IMG/VR virus record: IMGVR_UViG_3300021255_001482 | Coordinates: 74,382-103,239 of that record | Source of the DNA: a virus | Taxonomy: Duplodnaviria > Heunggongvirae > Uroviricota > Caudoviricetes | Direction: 5' to 3' (one strand) | DNA: 28,858 bases | In this document: positions 7,025-15,792 of the stretch, one piece after another | How the letters are laid out: each line of letters opens with the position of its first letter | How positions within the stretch are numbered: the first letter of the stretch is position 1 | Made by a program: the position numbers and the translations under genes | The notes under the pieces: generated by a model | Databases searched by the model: none | What the model was told of the DNA's origin: nothing | Seen by the model: the letters and a program-made list of their open reading frames with translations, nothing else

Positions 7025-9403
7025 TTGATTTACGAAACTGACTTTCAAAAACAAATTGAAAATGCTTTCTTGACCTACGGAGCATCCGTGGCGCAAGAAC
7101 GTGCCATTCCCGATGTTCGGGATATGCTCAAAATCGGTTTGCGTCAAGGACTGTATGCTCAATTCACAAATAAACTAACTCATAAGGACAAGATGCAAAA
7201 AGCACAGAAGTCCGTAGCAGCAGCCATGAATCAAAGTTATGTTCATGGTGATGTTGCTATGTATGATACTTTCATTCGTGCGGCAAGACCCTGGTCTTAT
7301 CGTTATCCTATTGAGGATGTTCAAGGTAGCTTTGGTAATCCATCTTCTCCTGATAGCCACGCGGCCGCACGTTATGTTGAAATGCGAGCCGGTGAAATGG
7401 CGGATTATTTCTTTGCTGGTCTAAAGAAAAATGCTATTGGAGAGCAATGGTATTCTAATTATGACGATACAGAAATGATTCCTTCTGTATTTCCTTCTGT
7501 TGGCTATTGGAATATTGTAAATGGATGTTCTGGTATTGCGGTTGCAATGGCCACATCAGTTCCTCAATTCAATCTGCGCGAAGTCAATGAAGCACTAATT
7601 AAAATTATTCAAAATCCCAATGTAAGTTTCAATGAAATTTATTGTGCTCCTGACTTCGCAACCGGCGGAACAATTACAAATGCAAAGGCAGTTCGTGAGA
7701 GTCTCAAGAACGGTAAAGGCGAATCTATCCGTATCAAAGCGAAACTAGATTATTTCCCTGACCAGAACATGATTCAAGCAACTGAATTACCTTATGGTGT
7801 TTTTACAAACACTGTAATTGACCAACTAGCTGCTCTAACAAATGAAAATGAAAGTTATGGAATAGAACGAGTTGTAGACCATACCAAGAAAACAGCAGAT
7901 ATTCGTATCTATCTTTCAAAAGGTGCAAATCCAAAGCGAATGATAGCCAAGCTTTATAAGGATACAAGCCTTGAAAATTGGTATGCTATTAATATGATTC
8001 TACTGGATAATGGACGCTTTCCAAAAGTATTTGGTTGGCGTGAAGCATGTGATGCCTACATAACCCACATTCGTGAATGTAAGCGAAATATAATCCAATT
8101 TGATTTGGATAAAGCACTTGCACGCGAAAATGTAGTAGAGGGACTTATTCTCGCGGCAGCTTCTATTGATGAAGTCGTAGCAATTATTCGCTCTTCTCAA
8201 AATCCAGCAGAAGCATCTGAAAAACTTATTGCTCGTTTTAAGTTTAATGAAGAGCAAACAAAGGCAATTCTTGCTATGAAACTTTCTTCATTAACAAAAA
8301 TAGATGCTATCAAATTAAATGATGAACTAGAAGAACTTAAAAGAAAAATAGAGGAGTATCGCCACTTATTATCTGATACTACCGCTTTGAACAATGAACT
8401 AATTAAAACACTACAGGTAGTGGCTGATAAATATGGCGACGCTCGTCGTACAAAGATTTTAAATATTGTAGAGAATGAAGATAACGAGGAACAGCAAATT
8501 CAAGAAGAAGAAGTCGGCGTAATGTTATTTGATAACAATATGTTACGTCTTGTTAAGAAAGAAGATTTACAAGGCGGAAAACGTGGCCGAAAGGGTATAA
8601 ATATTAAGCCTCCAAAGGGTGCGAACCTAATCAATACTTTGTATACAACCAACCTTGGAGTTGTTGCCGCATTCACTAATGCTGGTCGTATGTATAATTT
8701 TTCTTTGGCTGATTTAGATTATGGGAAGGACTATTCTGTTTATGAACTAATTGTTCTACAAGATAACGAAAAAGTCCTGCTACTAATAGATACGACTTCC
8801 TTCAACGCATATCATAATTTAGTAACCATAAGTAAGAAGGGTTATATTAAAAAGACAGCAACTCGTGAATATAATGTGCGGGCTAAGAAAGGCACTGCCG
8901 TGATGAAGCTAGATACTGATGATAGGCTTATCGGGGTATATCTTTCTATGAGTGATGAAGATAAGATTTTCATTACTAGTAGCGCTGGTAATTATAACTT
9001 CTATGAAATTGGCGAGGTTTCTGCTACTGGAAGAATGACTAAGGGAGTTAAGGCCATTAAGTTAAACGCAACTGAAACTATTTGCGCGGCGACCCTAGTA
9101 AAAAAGGATATAAATTATCGTGGTCTTTTAACTATTACTACTACTGGTAAAGGTAAAATTACTAAGATAGAAGATTTCAATACAACCAGCCGCGCGATTA
9201 AAGGCCCACAAGTAATGGATTTAAAGACAGAAACTTTAGCAACAGTATTTGCTGTACCAGAAACACAAGAAAAGGTATTTATTACTACCAATAATAAAGC
9301 GGTTTTATTAAATGTTGATTCTATTCCTATTCAAAACCGCGTAACTAGTGGAGTTCGCATTATTGATGCGCGCGGAGTAGAAAGTGGAATTGAAATTATG
9401 TAA
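7025..9403 (+). CDS. gyrA: Type IIA topoisomerase subunit A (GyrA/ParC-like) with beta-pinwheel C-terminal domain
   Basis: ERAIPDVRD, HGD, AAARYVEMR (catalytic Tyr), PDFATGG, repeated pinwheel blades in the C-terminal part. TTG start. Confidence 0.93.
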   Translation: MIYETDFQKQIENAFLTYGASVAQERAIPDVRDMLKIGLRQGLYAQFTNKLTHKDKMQKAQKSVAAAMNQSYVHGDVAMYDTFIRAARPWSYRYPIEDVQGSFGNPSSPDSHAAARYVEMRAGEMADYFFAGLKKNAIGEQWYSNYDDTEMIPSVFPSVGYWNIVNGCSGIAVAMATSVPQFNLREVNEALIKIIQNPNVSFNEIYCAPDFATGGTITNAKAVRESLKNGKGESIRIKAKLDYFPDQNMIQATELPYGVFTNTVIDQLAALTNENESYGIERVVDHTKKTADIRIYLSKGANPKRMIAKLYKDTSLENWYAINMILLDNGRFPKVFGWREACDAYITHIRECKRNIIQFDLDKALARENVVEGLILAAASIDEVVAIIRSSQNPAEASEKLIARFKFNEEQTKAILAMKLSSLTKIDAIKLNDELEELKRKIEEYRHLLSDTTALNNELIKTLQVVADKYGDARRTKILNIVENEDNEEQQIQEEEVGVMLFDNNMLRLVKKEDLQGGKRGRKGINIKPPKGANLINTLYTTNLGVVAAFTNAGRMYNFSLADLDYGKDYSVYELIVLQDNEKVLLLIDTTSFNAYHNLVTISKKGYIKKTATREYNVRAKKGTAVMKLDTDDRLIGVYLSMSDEDKIFITSSAGNYNFYEIGEVSATGRMTKGVKAIKLNATETICAATLVKKDINYRGLLTITTTGKGKITKIEDFNTTSRAIKGPQVMDLKTETLATVFAVPETQEKVFITTNNKAVLLNVDSIPIQNRVTSGVRIIDARGVESGIEIM

Positions 9404-9415
9404 TGGAGAAATAAT

Positions 9416-9817
9416 ATGGATAAGAGATATGTAGAATTATTTACTTTGATTGCTCAAACCACTGCTAACCTAGCAGAACAAGTAATGGAAGAGCATAAGA
9501 AGAATAACGAAGAAAAGGGCTATCAAACCGCAGAAACAATGCGAAATGATTTCCTCAATTTACACGATAAGCTTGGGACTGACGAAGTATTAGATAAAGC
9601 TGATTATGCTCGTTTACTGGTCGGTGCAATTATTGTTACTAATCAGCTAGATGCTCGTATTAAGAACGAGCAAAAGGCTCTACGAGGATATAAGATTGAT
9701 ATTATTCCTAAGTTAGATCAAATTAATAATGCTGATGCTTCTGAAACTACAGAACTCGCAGAAAGTTTATTTGAAATTAAAGAAGATACAGAATCAAATG
9801 AAGAAGATTCTGAATAA
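9416..9817 (+). CDS. Hypothetical helical, acidic protein (133 aa)
   Basis: ORF track; GGAG SD. Confidence 0.75.
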   Translation: MDKRYVELFTLIAQTTANLAEQVMEEHKKNNEEKGYQTAETMRNDFLNLHDKLGTDEVLDKADYARLLVGAIIVTNQLDARIKNEQKALRGYKIDIIPKLDQINNADASETTELAESLFEIKEDTESNEEDSE

Positions 9818-9818
9818 T

Positions 9819-9847
9819 TTGACTTTTTTCTAAATTTATAATATAAT
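9819..9847 (+). promoter_or_regulatory. Sigma-A-type promoter (first of a tandem pair)
   Basis: TTGACT-N17-TATAAT, no TG extension. Confidence 0.75.
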
Positions 9848-9914
9848 ATAAATACAGAAAAGGGAAAGGAAAATAACCAGCTTGAAAATGTAGCAAGAAA
9901 AAATTATTTAATAT

Positions 9915-9943
9915 TTGACTTTCACCGAAAAATCTGTTATAAT
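9915..9943 (+). promoter_or_regulatory. Sigma-A-type promoter (second of a tandem pair)
   Basis: TTGACT-N17-TATAAT with TGn extension. Confidence 0.85.
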
Positions 9944-10025
9944 ATTTACATAAAGAGGAAAAGGAGAAAAGTCCTTACCGCTTTAACAATTAAAAAAACG
10001 TGAATTAAAAGGAGAATGATGTATT

Positions 10026-10385
10026 ATGATTACCCCAAACAGTGAGCTAGTTCTAAATTTCCTAAAGAAGAATTTTGGTAAGGAGTTTACCAAGAATGAG
10101 ATTGCAGAGACCCTAGGTATTTCCATTCCCGCCGTTACAGGTTCCATTAATGGCCTAGTTAAGAAGGGCTATGTTACTGAGCGTCTAGAAGAGAAGGTTG
10201 TTGAGGACGCTACCGAGACTCGTAAGGCTAAGGTAAAGACAATTCGTCATGAGACTCTAACTGAGGCCGGTCTAGCTTATGACCCAGTGGCTGAGGAAGA
10301 GGCCAAGCAGGCCGCTAAGGCTGCTGAGAAGGAGCGTAAGGCTGCCGAGCGCGCTGCTGCCAAGGCTGCCAAGGAGAACGCCTAA
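10026..10385 (+). CDS. Winged-helix DNA-binding protein with Ala/Lys/Glu-rich tail
   Basis: FTKNEIAETLGISIPAVTGSINGLVKKGYV is a MarR/DeoR-like wHTH pattern. Strong codon bias suggests high expression. Confidence 0.75.
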   Translation: MITPNSELVLNFLKKNFGKEFTKNEIAETLGISIPAVTGSINGLVKKGYVTERLEEKVVEDATETRKAKVKTIRHETLTEAGLAYDPVAEEEAKQAAKAAEKERKAAERAAAKAAKENA

Positions 10386-10396
10386 TAGAATAAATG

Positions 10397-10430
10397 AGGG
10401 CGATTCCCTCGTGGAATCGCCCTAGTTTTA
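10397..10430 (+). terminator. Intrinsic terminator
   Basis: Perfect 11-bp stem AGGGCGATTCC/GGAATCGCCCT, 5-nt loop, followed by AGTTTTA. Confidence 0.8.
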
Positions 10431-10432
10431 TC

Positions 10433-10461
10433 TTGACAACATATAAAAATTATGATATAAT
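10433..10461 (+). promoter_or_regulatory. Consensus sigma-A promoter for SSB
   Basis: TTGACA-N17-TATAAT with TGn extension. Confidence 0.9.
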
Positions 10462-10499
10462 AAATGTAAAGAAAAGAAAAGATAAAGGAGAAATGTAAT

Positions 10500-11405
10500 A
10501 TGAGCAAGGATATTATGACACAGGCAAATAACAGAATTAATGTTGTTGGCAAGCTACTAGACGCAGTAATTAACGATGGCACACTAACTGACGGCCGCAA
10601 GTATAAGCGCGCAAATCTTACAATTCGCGTAACCCAGACTTATGGTGGACGTGAAGAGACTAGTGAAATCCCAGTTAGTATGTTCGCTGCGCAGTATACT
10701 CAGCAGAATAAGCTAAATCCTGGTTATACTCAAATTGAGAATCTAGCTGAAATGAAGACCGCGCAGATGGTTGGTATTGATAATGCCGATACCGTTCGTA
10801 TTTCTGGTGCGAACCTACGCGAGAATAACTTCGTTTCTCGTAATAGTGGTCAGCTAATTCATGGTTGGCAGATTAATACCAGTTTTATCAACTCTGGTGC
10901 AACCGCAGATGTGGCTTCTTTCATTATTGATATTTATATTATGGATATGAAGCCAGAGGTTGACCGTGAAGGTGAAGAGACTGGCAAGCTAATCATCAAG
11001 GGCGCAATTGTTCAGTATCAGGGCAAGCTAGATGTAATTGAGTTCGTAGTTGAGAATCCCGATACCATTGATTACATTGAGCGCAACTGGAATATTGATG
11101 ACACTGTAGAAGTTCGCGGACGTATTCGTGTTACTTCTATTGAAGATAAGCCAAAGGCTACCGAAAGCTCTTGGGGTGAAGATGTGCCCGAGACCACAAC
11201 TCGCACGGTACGCCAGCTAGTCATTACAAAGGGTAGTGATGAACCTTATGAGGAAGAGTTCGCCTATGATAAGACTGACATCAAGAAGGCTTTCAATGTT
11301 CGTAAGGCAATGATTGAACAGCTACAGATTGATGCCAAGAAGGGTAATGCTCCCAAGGCAGCTAAGGAACCAGCCAAGGCTGCTAAGTCCTATGATTGGG
11401 AATAA
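10500..11405 (+). CDS. Single-stranded DNA-binding protein (probably tandem OB folds)
   Basis: N(R)INVVGKL start, second OB-like half (VEVRGRI), acidic/aromatic C-terminus YDWE, position directly before the Sak4-like ATPase, high-expression codon bias. Confidence 0.7.
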   Translation: MSKDIMTQANNRINVVGKLLDAVINDGTLTDGRKYKRANLTIRVTQTYGGREETSEIPVSMFAAQYTQQNKLNPGYTQIENLAEMKTAQMVGIDNADTVRISGANLRENNFVSRNSGQLIHGWQINTSFINSGATADVASFIIDIYIMDMKPEVDREGEETGKLIIKGAIVQYQGKLDVIEFVVENPDTIDYIERNWNIDDTVEVRGRIRVTSIEDKPKATESSWGEDVPETTTRTVRQLVITKGSDEPYEEEFAYDKTDIKKAFNVRKAMIEQLQIDAKKGNAPKAAKEPAKAAKSYDWE

Positions 11406-11420
11406 GGTGAAAACCTTATT
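11401..11420 (+). promoter_or_regulatory. GNRA-capped stem-loop at the SSB stop (mRNA stabiliser or weak terminator)
   Basis: AATAAGGT-GAAA-ACCTTATT, with only a weak U-tract after it. Confidence 0.5.
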
Positions 11421-11445
11421 CTCATTTTCTAAGGAGGGATAGCAT

Positions 11446-12450
11446 ATGGCAAACGATATTGATATTTTCTCTCTTGAACCTAGTAAGATTTCCCGCGACC
11501 TAAAAGGAAAGTTTTTACTTATTTATGGACAGCCTAAGACGGGCAAGTCTACATTTGGCTCTCAATTGCCTCGTTCACTATTTCTAAATTTTGAGCAGGG
11601 CACTAATGCCTTAGCAGGTATTCGCAGTGTTCCTATTCTTCGTTGGAGTGATTTCCGTAAGGTTCTTACACAACTACGCAAGCCGCAGGCGCGCGAAATG
11701 TATGATAGCATTGTAGTAGATACTGCTTCTATCGCTTGGCAACTTTGTGAGAAGTATATTTGTCAGCGTGAAAGTGTTGATTCCATCCGAGAAATTCCTT
11801 GGGGCCAAGGCTGGGGTATGCTACGAAATGAGTTCTCTGAATGCTGGCGTGAAATTACACTTCTTGGCTTTGGTATTTTATTTATCGCGCACAGTAAGGA
11901 GAAGCCGACTGAAATGCGCGATGAAGAGGGTAATGAAATTACCGCAGTAGCACCTGATCTGCCAAATCAGTGCTATCAAATTGTAAATAGTATTGTAGAT
12001 ATTATTGGATATTTACAGGTTCAGATGAATAACGATGGTACTTCTGAACGTTATCTATACACACGCTCTACACCGACAGTATTTGCTGGTAGTCGCTATC
12101 AATACTTGGCGCCAAAGATTAAGTTTGGTTATCAAGAATTGGTTGATGCGATTGGTGATGCAATTGACCAGGCTGTTGAAAAGGATGGAGCAGAAGTAAC
12201 TGACCATACAGTTATCGCGCAAATTAAGGCTCGTCCATTTAACGAAATTATGGAAGAGGCTAAGGCAATCTGGCAAGCATATATCAATGAAGCTGAAACA
12301 GATGAAGCAAAGGAACAGCACTTTAATATTGCTAAAGATGTTATCAAGCGCGTGTTCGGTACAGAGGCATTTAAGCTTAGCCAAGCAGTCCCCTCGCAAA
12401 GCGACCTTGTTGAATTATTCATAGATGAAATGAAAGAAATTATGGAATAA
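11446..12450 (+). CDS. Phage AAA/RecA-like ATPase (Sak4-like single-strand annealing protein, SPbeta YorG-like)
   Basis: Walker A YGQPKTGKST, Walker B SIVVDT, FIAHSKE; adjacent to SSB. Confidence 0.82.
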   Translation: MANDIDIFSLEPSKISRDLKGKFLLIYGQPKTGKSTFGSQLPRSLFLNFEQGTNALAGIRSVPILRWSDFRKVLTQLRKPQAREMYDSIVVDTASIAWQLCEKYICQRESVDSIREIPWGQGWGMLRNEFSECWREITLLGFGILFIAHSKEKPTEMRDEEGNEITAVAPDLPNQCYQIVNSIVDIIGYLQVQMNNDGTSERYLYTRSTPTVFAGSRYQYLAPKIKFGYQELVDAIGDAIDQAVEKDGAEVTDHTVIAQIKARPFNEIMEEAKAIWQAYINEAETDEAKEQHFNIAKDVIKRVFGTEAFKLSQAVPSQSDLVELFIDEMKEIME

Positions 12451-12476
12451 AAAAAGACCTGCATAGGTCTTTTTTT
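12450..12476 (+). terminator. Intrinsic terminator (potentially bidirectional)
   Basis: AAAAAAGACCT-GCAT-AGGTCTTTTTTT. Confidence 0.8.
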
Positions 12477-12477
12477 A

Positions 12478-12506
12478 TTGACTTTTTTTCAAATCTGTGA
12501 TATACT
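12478..12506 (+). promoter_or_regulatory. Sigma-A-type promoter for the helicase/primase operon
   Basis: TTGACT-N17-TATACT with TGn extension. Confidence 0.8.
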
Positions 12507-12527
12507 AAATAGTAGGAGGGATGATAT

Positions 12528-13031
12528 ATGGCAAAAGCAACATTACAATGTTTTAAATGTAAGCAACAATTTTTACGAAATGAGCTAGTAGAATATGCTA
12601 GTCCACGTTCAACTACATTTCATAAATATTGCCCGAATTGTTTAAAAGAACAACAATCACGCGATAAGTTTTCAGAAAGCGTTTGTAATATTTTTGGATT
12701 AAAAACGCCAGGACCTCGTATATGGGCTGAACGCAAACGTCTTATGGATACTTATGGTTATACCGATCAAATAATTATTGATTGTTTAAATTATATTTAT
12801 TTAGTAGAAAAAGCACAAAAATTATCAGAGTCTCTATGTTTAGTTAATCCGCCAACTGTTGAAAAGATGATGAAATATAAGCGACATCAAGAATATGAAC
12901 AAAATAAGTTGGCTAGTGCTTTTGCAGAAAGTATGAGCTCAACAGTTAAGCCACGAATGGTAAAAATCAAAGAAAACACTTCTACAGTTGGAAAGAAAAA
13001 TTGGAGTCTTGATGATTTTTTTGATGATTAA
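12528..13031 (+). CDS. Zn-binding protein upstream of the helicase (possible helicase loader or accessory, YorH-like position)
   Basis: CFKC...YCPNC at the N-terminus, acidic DDFFDD end. Function is inferred from synteny only. Confidence 0.55.
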   Translation: MAKATLQCFKCKQQFLRNELVEYASPRSTTFHKYCPNCLKEQQSRDKFSESVCNIFGLKTPGPRIWAERKRLMDTYGYTDQIIIDCLNYIYLVEKAQKLSESLCLVNPPTVEKMMKYKRHQEYEQNKLASAFAESMSSTVKPRMVKIKENTSTVGKKNWSLDDFFDD

Positions 13032-13043
13032 GGAGAGATGTAA

Positions 13044-14663
13044 ATGACACTATCAGATAAGACGGCATATCGTCAGATAGTAGGAAGTTTAATGCATAAT
13101 CTTCTTTTGTTTATAGAATATCCAGATATAAATCCTTATGACTTTGTAGAAGCAAAAGTTGATAGAGCCTGCTTTCTAGTAATACGAGGTATGTACGAAG
13201 CAGGAGCAAAAAGTTTAAGTGTATATGAAGTAGATAAGGAATTTGAAAATCAAAAAGGTACCGCGGCCGCGACACAATATTTTAGTAATGGTGGCTTAGA
13301 ATATTTGAAGAATGCATATGAATTTGCTGAGCCAAGCAATTTTCAAATGTATTATAACCGATTAAAAAAATATTCATTACTTTATCAATTAAAGAAAGCA
13401 CATTATGATATTAGTAATTTTTATATAGATGATAAAGATGTAGATGACCCATTAAAAGCGAGTGAAGTTCAAAAACATTGCGAAGATTCTAGTCTTGATG
13501 ATATTTTAGCAGAAGTAGAGGGAAAATTTAACGAAATTAGAAATGATTTTGTAAATGGGACAAAAAGAAATGGCGACCCTGCAAATAGTATTTTTGAACT
13601 TATTGATAATTTACAAAAAACTCCAAATATAGGTCCTGACCTTGAAGGAGATATTTTTAGTTCAGCTTGCCGTGGTGCGCGAGAAGGGTGTTTCTTTTTA
13701 AAATCCGCAAGTACAAATGCTGGTAAAAGTAGAACATCAGTTTTTGATGCGTGTCGTTTAGCCTATCCTAAAAGATGGTCACATGAAAAAGGAACATTTA
13801 TTCATGAAATAAATTTTGATGAACCACGACAACCGCGTAAAGTTTTATTCATTGTTACAGAGATGGATGTTGAAGAAATTCAAACAATGATGTTAGCATA
13901 TTTGTCTGGTGTAGATGAAGCGCATATTCTTACTGGTAGATATGAACCAGGAGAATTACAGCGGGTAAAGTTCGCGGCAACAATAATGCAGGAATATCAA
14001 GGTTATTTTTTAATTGAGGAAATCAGTGAACCGAATCTTGTGAATGTTGAAGCAACGATAAAAAAGTATGCAACAGTAGATGGAGTAAAATATGTATTCT
14101 TTGATTATATTCATTCAACCGCGAGTATGATGAATCAGTTTGCAAAAAATGGTTTGCGCGAAGATGTTATTCTTATGATGATGGCAAATCAGTTAAAGCA
14201 AATCGCAAAAGATTATAACGTTTTTATTTTTTCTGCGACACAGGTGAATGCGAAAGGTATGGAAAGTGATGGAGAGTTTAAAGATGAATCTTGTATTCGT
14301 GGTTCAAAAGCTGTGGCAGATAAATGTGATATGGGTTGTGTAATGAGTAGAGTAGACACTAAAATGTGGGATGATTTAGTTCCAAAATTAAGACCATATG
14401 TAAGAGACGGTATTATTGACGCGACTTATTTAGAAAACCCTGATTATCGGCCAACTCATATTATAGATATTTATAAAATGCGCCGGGGGCGTTATCGTGG
14501 TATAAGAATTTGGTCACACATCCATCTTGGCACTGGAAGAAGAGTAGATTTATTTATGACTTCTTCAAATAATTCGCCAATAGAATGGAAATCTGATACA
14601 TTCCAAACAGTAATAGAAGAAATGATAGGTAACTGGCGCGAAATGATAAAGGAGGAAGCATAA
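13044..14663 (+). CDS. Replicative DNA helicase, DnaB-like (SPbeta YorI type)
   Basis: Walker A SASTNAGKSRT, IVTEM, YVFFDYIH, ATQVN, IRGSKAVADKCD, YKMRRGR. Confidence 0.88.
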   Translation: MTLSDKTAYRQIVGSLMHNLLLFIEYPDINPYDFVEAKVDRACFLVIRGMYEAGAKSLSVYEVDKEFENQKGTAAATQYFSNGGLEYLKNAYEFAEPSNFQMYYNRLKKYSLLYQLKKAHYDISNFYIDDKDVDDPLKASEVQKHCEDSSLDDILAEVEGKFNEIRNDFVNGTKRNGDPANSIFELIDNLQKTPNIGPDLEGDIFSSACRGAREGCFFLKSASTNAGKSRTSVFDACRLAYPKRWSHEKGTFIHEINFDEPRQPRKVLFIVTEMDVEEIQTMMLAYLSGVDEAHILTGRYEPGELQRVKFAATIMQEYQGYFLIEEISEPNLVNVEATIKKYATVDGVKYVFFDYIHSTASMMNQFAKNGLREDVILMMMANQLKQIAKDYNVFIFSATQVNAKGMESDGEFKDESCIRGSKAVADKCDMGCVMSRVDTKMWDDLVPKLRPYVRDGIIDATYLENPDYRPTHIIDIYKMRRGRYRGIRIWSHIHLGTGRRVDLFMTSSNNSPIEWKSDTFQTVIEEMIGNWREMIKEEA

Positions 14664-15788
14664 TTGCTAACGACATTACAAAATCAAGACAGTGAACTTG
14701 ATTTAGCAATAGCAAGCAAAAAAGATATTGTAGATTCAATTACACTTCATGATGTAAAGAATTTTCTTGAAAGTCTTGGAGTAACACAGATTATGGTGAA
14801 TGAAGATAAGCAATATCTTGTATGCCCAACAATTTGTCATAATCCTATCAATGAAGCTGAATCTATGAAATTATACTGGTATCAAAATAATAAAATATTT
14901 AGATGCTATACTGAATGTAATGAAGCAATGTCTATATTTAGATTATATCAAAAATATATGGCATTAAACCATTATCCAGTTACAATAGAAGAGGCTGAAG
15001 AATATGTAAAGCAATGTCTAAAACATATTGTTATAAATACAAATAAGGTATCATATAACTATGAATTAGACTTAAATAAATATCAGTTTAATAATAACAT
15101 TCCAATTCTTGATGAATATCCTAAAGAAGTTTTATCTTATTTCACACATTATTATCATCCAACTTGGCTGCGAGATGGAATAACTCCAGAAGCTATGGAT
15201 AAATTTCATATTGGATTTTCACTTGGACAAAATAAAATCATTATTCCGCATTTTGATATAAATGGAAGATTAATCGGCATCCGCGGGCGCACATTAGATA
15301 AAAAAGAAGCTGAAGCATATGGTAAATATAGACCATTACAAATTGGTAAAATAACTTACGCGCATCCATTACAATTCAATTTATATGGTATACATGAACA
15401 TCAGAATGGAATTAAAATGCGGCGACAAGCAATTATAGCGGAAGCTGAAAAATCCGTATTACTAGATGATGGATATTATGGAGATTTAAGCAATTGTGTC
15501 GCATGTTGTGGTTCAACTTTTAATAAATATCACATTAGTTTATTAACTAATGTTCTTGGTGCAAATGAAATTATTATCGCTTTAGATAAAGAATACACCG
15601 ATTGGAGAACCGAAAAAGCCAGAAAATATAAAGAACGAATAATATCTATGTGTCGTAAATATAGCAATCAGGCTATTTTTTCTTACATGTGGGATTATGA
15701 TAATGTATTGGAGGAAAAAGACTCTCCATTTGATAAAGGAAAAGAAGTTTTTGAACATTTATATAAAAATAGAATTAAAGTGAGGTAA
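14664..15788 (+). CDS. DNA primase (Zn-binding domain plus TOPRIM)
   Basis: CPTICHN...CYTEC, IIPHFD...IGIRGR, IIAEAEKSV, IIIALDKE. TTG start with AAGGAGG SD. Confidence 0.88.
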   Translation: MLTTLQNQDSELDLAIASKKDIVDSITLHDVKNFLESLGVTQIMVNEDKQYLVCPTICHNPINEAESMKLYWYQNNKIFRCYTECNEAMSIFRLYQKYMALNHYPVTIEEAEEYVKQCLKHIVINTNKVSYNYELDLNKYQFNNNIPILDEYPKEVLSYFTHYYHPTWLRDGITPEAMDKFHIGFSLGQNKIIIPHFDINGRLIGIRGRTLDKKEAEAYGKYRPLQIGKITYAHPLQFNLYGIHEHQNGIKMRRQAIIAEAEKSVLLDDGYYGDLSNCVACCGSTFNKYHISLLTNVLGANEIIIALDKEYTDWRTEKARKYKERIISMCRKYSNQAIFSYMWDYDNVLEEKDSPFDKGKEVFEHLYKNRIKVR

Positions 15789-15792
15789 CTAT

